A stretch of DNA of 5,019 bases from a virus: the IMG/VR virus record IMGVR_UViG_3300020030_000039, positions 1 through 5,019 of that record. One strand, written 5' to 3'. Both the position numbers and the translations under genes were made by a program. Position 1 is the first letter of the stretch. Each line of letters begins with the position of its first letter. This document shows, piece by piece, positions 1 to 4,503 of the stretch. The notes beneath the pieces are model-generated. The model searched no databases. It saw only the letters and a list, made by a program, of their open reading frames with translations, and was not told where the DNA came from.

Positions 1-90
1 TTACGCTGACTTATGATGATGCTCATTTGCCTGCTGATGGCTCACTTCATTACGAGCATTTTCAGCTGTTCATGAAGCGCATGCGTAAAT
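1..90. repeat. Terminal redundancy, copy 1. It is an exact 90-nt duplicate of 4930..5019 and marks closure of a circular 4929-nt genome.
   Basis: Base-by-base comparison shows 1..90 identical to 4930..5019. The VP4 reading frame continues across the join without interruption, because 4929 is divisible by 3. Confidence 0.95.
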
Positions 91-701
91 ACTTCATGAG
101 CCGTTTTGGTCAACAGCTTCGTTTTTTTATGTGCGGCGAATATGGCGACAAGCTTGGTCGTCCGCATTATCATGCGATTATCTTTGGCGTGACTTTTGTA
201 GATAAACAGCTCTGGTCGATTCGTCGAGGCAATAACTTATATCGTAGTCGTACGCTTGAGAAACTTTGGCCGTATGGTTTCAGTTCAATTGGCGCAGTCA
301 ATTTTGAGACTGCAGCTTATGTTGCTCGTTATGTTACGAAGAAGATTACAGGTCCTCTTAAGTTAGAGCATTACGATGGCAAGGTCGCAGAGTTTTGTCA
401 TTGCTCGCTTAAACCTGGCATTGGTCATGACTTTTGTGAAAAGTACATGACTGATATTTATACTAATGATCGTCTTATTCTTAGTGAGAAGATAATGATG
501 TCTCCTCCAGCTTATTTTGATAAGTTGCTTGAGCGTTCTGATATCATTCGCTATGAAGAGATTAAGCGATTGCGCGAGAAGCGCGGTCGTGATTTTGAGG
601 ATACTGGCGAGACTTCGCCTCAACGTCTTTTAGTTCGCGAACGCGTCCAAGAACTGAAGGCTGCTAAATTGAGACGCGTTATGGAAGAGAATCAATTATG
701 A
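1..701 (+). CDS. VP4: Replication initiator VP4, 3' part (5'-truncated by the window; first full codon at position 3). Stop is TGA at 699..701.
   Basis: The HUH motif HYH is at 165..173 (RPHYHAIIFG). The two-tyrosine catalytic motif YVARYVTKK starts at 318 and resembles phiX174 gpA motif III. Third-codon positions are strongly T-biased. Confidence 0.93.
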   Translation, partial: TLTYDDAHLPADGSLHYEHFQLFMKRMRKYFMSRFGQQLRFFMCGEYGDKLGRPHYHAIIFGVTFVDKQLWSIRRGNNLYRSRTLEKLWPYGFSSIGAVNFETAAYVARYVTKKITGPLKLEHYDGKVAEFCHCSLKPGIGHDFCEKYMTDIYTNDRLILSEKIMMSPPAYFDKLLERSDIIRYEEIKRLREKRGRDFEDTGETSPQRLLVRERVQELKAAKLRRVMEENQL

Positions 702-988
702 TCCTTAAAGTTTTTTCCGTTTTCGATTCGAAGCTTCAGGTGTTTAATACGCCCTTTTTTAGCCGTTCTGCAGCTGATGCTTCTCGGTCTTTTTCTGATC
801 TCGTTCGTGACAGTCGTACGACCGTAGGTCAGCATCCTGATGATTTTTTCTTGTATGAAATTGGTCAGTATTCTGATGAAACTGGAGAGCTTGTAGCTTC
901 TGTTCCGACACAGATTGCTGCTGCAACAGCTTTTGTATCTACGATTGAAGATCCCAAAGCGGCCGCGCCTGCTAAGTCCGAAGTCTAA
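698..988 (+). CDS. VP5: Gokushovirus VP5-like small non-structural protein, 96 aa. VP5 is proposed in the literature to act like phiX174 protein C in ssDNA synthesis or packaging.
   Basis: The N-terminus MILKVFSVFDSKLQVFNTPFF...HPDDFFLYEIGQYSDETGEL matches my recollection of the conserved VP5 pattern (M.kvFsV.D.K...F..PFF......HP.DF.L..IG). Its ATG forms an ATGA overlap with the VP4 stop (698..701). It occupies the canonical position directly after VP4. Confidence 0.8.
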   Translation: MILKVFSVFDSKLQVFNTPFFSRSAADASRSFSDLVRDSRTTVGQHPDDFFLYEIGQYSDETGELVASVPTQIAAATAFVSTIEDPKAAAPAKSEV

Positions 989-1004
989 GTACAGACGCGG
1001 CCGC
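959..1004 (+). repeat. Inverted repeat forming a 9-bp all-GC stem, GCGGCCGCG at 959..967 paired with CGCGGCCGC at 996..1004. The 28-nt loop contains the VP5 stop codon.
   Basis: The arms are perfectly complementary, and each contains the 8-bp palindrome GCGGCCGC. The loop holds AAGT three times (974, 981, 987) at 6-7 nt spacing. Confidence 0.85.
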
Positions 1005-1025
1005 AACACATAGATTCTTCTAATC

Positions 1026-1054
1026 AGTCCTTGCATAGTGTGAGGACTTTTTTT
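1026..1054 (+). terminator. Weak intrinsic-terminator-like hairpin between VP5 and VP3.
   Basis: Stem AGTCCT (1026..1031) pairs with AGGACT (1043..1048) around an 11-nt loop, followed by T6 (1049..1054). The stem is short, so this is probably leaky if it functions at all. Confidence 0.45.
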
Positions 1055-1067
1055 GTATGGAGCTTAT

Positions 1068-1499
1068 ATGAAGTTCAAAATTAATCACACAAATGCTACG
1101 GCTGAAGGTATTGTTTTTACAGATCCTTCAATGACCCAACAGCACTTTAAAGATGAAACGATGATTGATAACATTCTTCAGAAGTATGCTGAGACTGGTT
1201 TTTTGACTGATCCTTTTTCCCCGAAGCGTCCGATTCAGTTTGGCGACTTTTCTGACGTCACAGATTTTCAGACTGCTCAGAATTCTGTTGCTCGCGCTAC
1301 AGAGTACTTTGAAAGCTTGCCATCGCACATTCGTGCTTCTTTTAGTAACTCTCCCGCTGAATTTCTTCAGGCGCTTAATGATCCTGATCAGAGGAGTAAG
1401 CTCGAAGAGCTTGGTTTTGTTGCTCCTGAGCCTTCTGAAGAGCCTCAGCCCACTCCCGCGACTGAGGTTAAACCGTCTGATTCTGACAACAACGGGTAA
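1068..1499 (+). CDS. VP3: Internal scaffolding protein VP3 (Chlamydia-phage Chp2 scaffold family), 143 aa.
   Basis: GGAG at 1059..1062 lies 5 nt upstream of ATG 1068; the track's TTG at 1053 has no SD. The sequence SMTQQHFKDETMIDNILQKYAETG...QFGDFSDVTDFQTAQN...YFESLPSHIRASFSNSPAEFLQAL...LEELGF fits the conserved gokushovirus VP3 pattern. The C-terminus is acidic and proline-rich. Confidence 0.85.
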   Translation: MKFKINHTNATAEGIVFTDPSMTQQHFKDETMIDNILQKYAETGFLTDPFSPKRPIQFGDFSDVTDFQTAQNSVARATEYFESLPSHIRASFSNSPAEFLQALNDPDQRSKLEELGFVAPEPSEEPQPTPATEVKPSDSDNNG

Positions 1500-1516
1500 T
1501 TACTAATAACCAATAC

Positions 1517-1549
1517 AAGGGATGGTTTCCATCCCTTCAAAATCCCTTC
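1517..1549 (+). other. Hairpin with two alternative 3' arms.
   Basis: AAGGGATGG (1517..1525) pairs perfectly with CCATCCCTT (1529..1537), a 9-bp stem with a 3-nt loop. The 8-mer ATCCCTTC occurs twice (1531..1538 and 1542..1549), so AAGGGAT can pair with either copy. Confidence 0.7.
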
Positions 1550-1578
1550 GATCGCCCGCTTGCGGCGATCTTTTTTTT
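1550..1578 (+). terminator. Rho-independent terminator downstream of VP3.
   Basis: GC-rich stem GATCGCC (1550..1556) pairs with GGCGATC (1564..1570) around a 7-nt loop. It is followed immediately by T8 (1571..1578). Confidence 0.75.
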
Positions 1579-1597
1579 CAGATATCTCAGCGATTTG

Positions 1598-1674
1598 CGC
1601 ACGGGTACACACCGGAACCAGTTACTTACTTGATGTAACTGGTTCCGGTGACACCCCGATGTCCGCACGGGTAC
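1598..1674 (+). other. Perfect 16-bp hairpin flanked by 11-nt direct repeats. It is a candidate replication origin (Rep nick site) or complementary-strand priming signal.
   Basis: CACCGGAACCAGTTAC (1610..1625) pairs with GTAACTGGTTCCGGTG (1635..1650). The 9-nt loop TTACTTGAT (1626..1634) contains ACTTGAT. CGCACGGGTAC occurs at 1598..1608 and 1664..1674. GGG (1603..1605) can pair with CCC (1654..1656) to extend the stem across an internal loop. The structure is a sequence fact; the function is inferred. Confidence 0.8.
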
Positions 1675-1694
1675 CGTACGAAACTCTCGTATGT

Positions 1695-1722
1695 TTGATT
1701 TTTACTTGGCATGTGGTATATG
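1695..1722 (+). promoter_or_regulatory. Sigma70-like promoter candidate upstream of VP1.
   Basis: The -35 element is TTGATT (1695..1700). A 16-nt spacer follows. An extended -10 TG (1714..1715) precedes the -10 element TATATG (1717..1722). Each hexamer matches the consensus at 4 of 6 positions. Confidence 0.4.
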
Positions 1723-1774
1723 CTTCGTTGTACGGTGATAAAGCTTTTTGAGTCTTGGTTTTAGAGCCGTAAGG

Positions 1775-1820
1775 CGATCGGTTCGATGTGAGAGCTTTCG
1801 GAACTGGTCGTCTTTTTTTT
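1775..1820 (+). terminator. Terminator-like or attenuator-like hairpin with a T8 run, 24 nt upstream of the VP1 ATG.
   Basis: CGATCGGTTC (1775..1784) pairs with GAACTGGTCG (1801..1810), giving a 10-bp stem that includes two G-T wobbles, with a 16-nt loop. After TC comes T8 (1813..1820). Confidence 0.5.
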
Positions 1821-1843
1821 ATCTATAGCTATTGGATAAGTAC

Positions 1844-3508
1844 ATGTCATCTGTTAATCGTTCTACACAGCATCTTTTCTCACAGATTCCTTCAACTCAA
1901 ATTCCTCGATCTGTCTTTGATAGATCTCATGGATATAAGACAACTTTTAATTCTGGTTATCTTGTTCCTTTTTATGTCGACGAAGTACTTCCTGGCGATA
2001 GCTTTAAGTTGACAGCTACTTTGTTTGCTCGTCTGGCAACTCCGATTGTTCCTTTTATGGACAATTTGTACTTAGAGACTTTCTTCTTCTTTGTTCCCAA
2101 CCGCCTTGTTTGGGATAACTGGCAGAAGTTTAATGGTGAGCAGAAGAATCCAAATGATTCAACAGACTTTTTAATTCCTACGGTTTCCGGTACGAATGTT
2201 CAGAATCAAACGCTTTGGGATTACTTCGGTCTTCCGACGAATGTCAGTGATGCTTTGAAAGTAAATGCGCTTCCTTTCCGCGCTTACAATTTGATTTTCA
2301 ATGAGTGGTTTAGAGACGAGAATCTTCAAGAATCTTTGAAAGTTCCAACAAACGACGGTCCAGATAATCTTTCTGATTACAATCTTATTCGTCGTGGCAA
2401 GCGTCATGACTATTTCACGTCATGTTTGCCCTGGCCGCAAAAAGGACCTGGTGTCGAAATTTCGCTTGGTGGCACTGCTAAGGTCTCTGGCGACGTTAGT
2501 TTAGCTGCTCAGTACGGTTCTTATCATGTAGACAATGGCATTTCTGGCGTTAACAATTGGTCTAGCGCTTATCCTATTTCTTTCACTAATCCTGTTAGTT
2601 TAGGTAGTAAAGATCAGACTTGGGGACAAGTTTCTAAAACTGTTCCTTTAAGTATTACTGCAATGAATCCTTCAGATCCAGGAAGAGTTTCTTTTTACGC
2701 TGGTCGTGGTTTAGTTTTAGCTAACAATTTGTCTGCTGATTTGTCTGGTGCTACTCCGATTTCTATCAACGACTTGCGCCAAGCTTTCCAGATTCAAAAG
2801 CTCTATGAGCGCGATGCACGCGGAGGTACGCGATACACAGAAATCTTGCGGTCTCATTTTGGCGTAATCTCGCCTGACGCTCGTTTGCAACGTCCTGAAT
2901 ACCTTGGCGGTTCGTCTGCTCGTATTTCGATCAATCCTGTGCAACAGACGTCTTCTACGAATGAGACGACGCCCCAAGGCAATCTCGCGGCTTATGGTGT
3001 TGTCGCTGATAGTTTTCATGGTTTCTCGAAGTCTTTCGTTGAGCATGGCTATGTCTTTGGCTTTGTAAACGTTCGTGCCGATTTGACTTATCAACAAGGT
3101 TTGAATCGCATGTGGTCGCGTCAAGGACGCTTTGACTTTTACTGGCCTGTCCTTGCCCATCTTGGCGAACAAGCTGTTCTTAATAAAGAAATTTATGCTC
3201 AAGGTACTGCTGATGACGATAAGGTCTTTGGCTATCAAGAGCGTTATGCTGAGTATCGGTACTACCCCGGCCAGATTACAGGGAAATTCCGGTCAACTGA
3301 TCCTCAGCCGCTGGATAGCTGGCATTTAGCGCAGAAGTTTAGTTCTTTGCCGACTCTTTCAGCTCAGTTTATTGAAGACGATCCGCCTGTCGAGCGTGTA
3401 ATCGCTGTTCAGAATGAGCCGCAGTTTTTGTTTGATTCGTATATTCGTTTGAAGTGTGCTCGTCCGATGCCTGTTTATTCAGTTCCTGGACTTGTTGATC
3501 ATTTCTAA
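1844..3508 (+). CDS. VP1: Major capsid protein VP1 (Microviridae F-type jelly-roll capsid, gokushovirus form with a large insertion loop), 554 aa.
   Basis: The sequence contains hallmark gokushovirus VP1 strings: FSQIPSTQIPRSVFDRSHGYKTTFNSGYLVPFYVDEVLPGDSF, LPFRAYNLIFNEWFRD, INDLRQAFQIQKLYERDARGGTRYTEILRSHFGV and FGYQERYAEYRY. I prefer ATG 1844 (GGA 7 nt upstream) over the track's TTG at 1832. Stop is TAA at 3506..3508. Confidence 0.97.
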   Translation: MSSVNRSTQHLFSQIPSTQIPRSVFDRSHGYKTTFNSGYLVPFYVDEVLPGDSFKLTATLFARLATPIVPFMDNLYLETFFFFVPNRLVWDNWQKFNGEQKNPNDSTDFLIPTVSGTNVQNQTLWDYFGLPTNVSDALKVNALPFRAYNLIFNEWFRDENLQESLKVPTNDGPDNLSDYNLIRRGKRHDYFTSCLPWPQKGPGVEISLGGTAKVSGDVSLAAQYGSYHVDNGISGVNNWSSAYPISFTNPVSLGSKDQTWGQVSKTVPLSITAMNPSDPGRVSFYAGRGLVLANNLSADLSGATPISINDLRQAFQIQKLYERDARGGTRYTEILRSHFGVISPDARLQRPEYLGGSSARISINPVQQTSSTNETTPQGNLAAYGVVADSFHGFSKSFVEHGYVFGFVNVRADLTYQQGLNRMWSRQGRFDFYWPVLAHLGEQAVLNKEIYAQGTADDDKVFGYQERYAEYRYYPGQITGKFRSTDPQPLDSWHLAQKFSSLPTLSAQFIEDDPPVERVIAVQNEPQFLFDSYIRLKCARPMPVYSVPGLVDHF

Positions 3509-3517
3509 GGAGTTGTT

Positions 3518-3580
3518 ATGGCTTTAGTTATTTGGCTTGCTGTTGTTGGTACTGTTATTGTTTTTGCTTTAGGACAGTAA
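3518..3580 (+). CDS. Candidate micro-ORF encoding a 20-aa hydrophobic peptide, MALVIWLAVVGTVIVFALGQ. Function unknown.
   Basis: Consensus SD AAGGAG (3507..3512, overlapping the VP1 stop) lies 5 nt before ATG 3518. TAA at 3578..3580 ends 2 nt before the VP2 ATG. 13 of 19 codons after the ATG end in T, matching the phage's codon bias. The ORF is below the length cutoff of the supplied track. Confidence 0.45.
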   Translation: MALVIWLAVVGTVIVFALGQ

Positions 3581-3582
3581 TT

Positions 3583-4203
3583 ATGGGTTTCGGTTGGGCT
3601 GAAGCGATAGGCGGCGCTGCCAATTTTGGTAGTTCTGCTTTGTCTGCTTACTTTGGTTGGAAGCATCAGAAAGAAGTGATGCAAAATCGGCATCAGTGGG
3701 AAGTTGAAGATTTGAAAAAATCAGGTCTCAATCCGATTCTTTCCGCTGGCGGTCAAGGCGCTTCTGGTAATGCTCCTGTGATCGTTCCTCCTGACATCGC
3801 TGGCGCTATGGAAGCTGGTGCGCGTACTGATACGCAACATTCTGAGAAGAGTTTGAAAGATGCTTTGAAAGATCAAACTTACGTTCAGAATTCCGCTCTT
3901 CAAGCTGATGCAGGTTTGAAGCGTGCGCAGTCTGTAGCTGCTGATTCTTCTTCAAACTTGATGTGGTCGCAGACTAAAGGTCAAGAGATTGCTAATAAGA
4001 TTCAAGAAGAGAATTTGAAGCAAGCGAAATTCATGACACAGAATTCTGCTATTGCTTCTGAGAAGCAAAAAATGGTCTTTGATTATATGAAAGATCATAA
4101 AGGTGCTTGGTCTTTTGGCCAGTGGATGAATTTGATAAATCCGTTTAATTCGACGGCACCAGTGACGAATTCTGCTGTTGGTGCTGCTCATCTTGCGAAA
4201 TGA
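3583..4203 (+). CDS. VP2: Minor capsid / DNA pilot protein VP2, 206 aa.
   Basis: ATG 3583 has AGGA (3571..3574) upstream. The N-terminus is Gly/Ala-rich and is followed by MQNRHQWEVEDLKKSGLNPILSAGG, which fits the gokushovirus VP2 D-L-K-x-(A/S)-G-L-N-P motif. The C-terminal half is Q/K/A-rich and looks helical. It sits directly after VP1. The track's TTG 3532 extension (MACCCWYCYCFCF) is rejected. Confidence 0.85.
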   Translation: MGFGWAEAIGGAANFGSSALSAYFGWKHQKEVMQNRHQWEVEDLKKSGLNPILSAGGQGASGNAPVIVPPDIAGAMEAGARTDTQHSEKSLKDALKDQTYVQNSALQADAGLKRAQSVAADSSSNLMWSQTKGQEIANKIQEENLKQAKFMTQNSAIASEKQKMVFDYMKDHKGAWSFGQWMNLINPFNSTAPVTNSAVGAAHLAK

Positions 4204-4298
4204 TTGATGTCATTCTTAAGTTCGTTGATGTTTTGCTGAGGTCTGGCTCAGCAGTTTGGGAGGCCTTCAAGGCCGTTAAGAAACTTTTTAAAAAGTGA
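4200..4298 (+). CDS. Candidate small ORF encoding a 32-aa cationic amphipathic peptide, MIDVILKFVDVLLRSGSAVWEAFKAVKKLFKK. Function unknown.
   Basis: Its ATG forms an ATGA overlap with the VP2 stop (4200..4203). Its TGA (4296..4298) overlaps the GAGG SD of VP8. It fills an otherwise unexplained 102-nt gap. There is no SD of its own, and it is below the track cutoff. Confidence 0.35.
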   Translation: MIDVILKFVDVLLRSGSAVWEAFKAVKKLFKK

Positions 4299-4305
4299 GG
4301 TTTAT

Positions 4306-4428
4306 ATGTCTCGTCGTCGTCATAAGCTTTCTCGTAAGGCATCTAAGCGTATTTTTCGTAAAGGTGCATCACGCACGAAGACTTTGAATACTCGTGCTAC
4401 GCCGATGCGCGGTGGTTTTCGCATTTAA
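4306..4428 (+). CDS. VP8: VP8-like, highly basic DNA-binding or packaging peptide (functional analogue of phiX174 J), 40 aa.
   Basis: My translation is MSRRRHKLSRKASKRIFRKGASRTKTLNTRATPMRGGFRI, with 14 Arg/Lys in 40 aa. GAGG (4297..4300) lies 5 nt upstream of ATG 4306. Stop is TAA at 4426..4428. Size, charge and the GG(F/I)R C-terminus fit gokushovirus ORF8 proteins. Confidence 0.8.
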   Translation: MSRRRHKLSRKASKRIFRKGASRTKTLNTRATPMRGGFRI

Positions 4429-4503
4429 GCGTTAACCCTAATTATTTGCCGCGGTCGTCATAGTTATCATTTTGAGCATCTTAACTTCATTTGGAACCAC
4501 ACT

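Noticed and set aside
1-90. The 90-nt direct repeat read as LTR, att or mobile-element ends.
   Set aside because: The repeat lies inside a single continuous Rep ORF that is restored by circularisation. That is the signature of a circular contig overlap, not of insertion boundaries.
692-1036. A 114-aa minus-strand ORF covering all of VP5. The other minus-strand track ORFs belong here too: 363..623, 1128..1328, 2171..2407, 2717..3238, 3505..3693, 3721..3903, 3952..4191 and 4145..4342.
   Set aside because: All of them lie antisense to well-supported + strand genes. Their Lys/Arg/Ile/Asn/Ser-rich, low-complexity products are what the reverse complement of T-ending codons produces. None has an SD. 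Microviridae transcribe and encode from one strand only.
1560-1751. A 63-aa + strand ORF (TTG start) spanning the VP3-VP1 intergenic region.
   Set aside because: It starts inside the terminator stem and T-run and reads straight through the 16-bp hairpin and its flanking repeats. It has a non-ATG start, no SD, and no T-ending codon bias. The region is better explained as structured non-coding DNA.
1832-1843. TTG 1832 as the VP1 start, and similarly TTG 1053 as the VP3 start.
   Set aside because: In-frame ATGs 12 and 15 nt downstream have better-placed purine-rich motifs, and the conserved N-terminal sequences begin after them. The difference is only 4-5 codons and cannot be settled from sequence alone.
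1788-2012. A 74-aa + strand ORF (GTG start) overlapping the VP1 start out of frame, and a 65-aa ORF at 3132..3329 (TTG start) inside VP1.
   Set aside because: These are alternative-frame ORFs in a gene with T-rich third positions, so they are hydrophobic by composition alone. They have non-ATG starts, no SD and no recognisable motif.
3532-3582. The track's TTG-initiated N-terminal extension of VP2 (MACCCWYCYCFCFRTVI).
   Set aside because: The Cys/Tyr/Phe string is implausible and there is no SD before 3532. The same nucleotides read in another frame give an SD-preceded ATG micro-ORF. VP2 has its own ATG at 3583 with AGGA upstream.
3953-3963. A second copy of the origin-like motif, CAAACTTGATG, inside VP2.
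   Set aside because: It is not in a hairpin or a non-coding context. One or two chance occurrences of a 6-7-mer are expected in about 5 kb. It is recorded because it weakens the statistical weight of the loop motif at 1628..1634.
4262-4274. The GGCCTTCAAGGCC palindrome, together with the GTTAAC (4431..4436) and CCGCGG (4449..4454) palindromes.
   Set aside because: These are short isolated palindromes whose loops are too small to fold. They have no partner repeats and are compatible with chance or with the coding sequence.
4405-4424. A possible terminator at the end of VP8, ATGCG ... CGCAT.
   Set aside because: The stem is only 5 bp, the loop is 10 nt, and no T-run follows.
4429-4503. A dif-like XerC/XerD recombination site. 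I looked for one because some enterobacterial gokushoviruses integrate at dif. Candidates were GGTCGTCATAGTTATCATTTTGAGCATC in this spacer, CGTGCGCAAAT on the minus strand near 1594..1604, and TTATGTTACGA at 329..339.
   Set aside because: Hand alignment to the E. coli dif 28-mer gives at best 7-8 of 11 in one arm and a poor match in the partner arm. The 329..339 hit is simply the codons for the Rep YVTK motif. The evidence does not support a lysogeny module. A proper position-weight-matrix scan with dif sites from candidate hosts would be needed.
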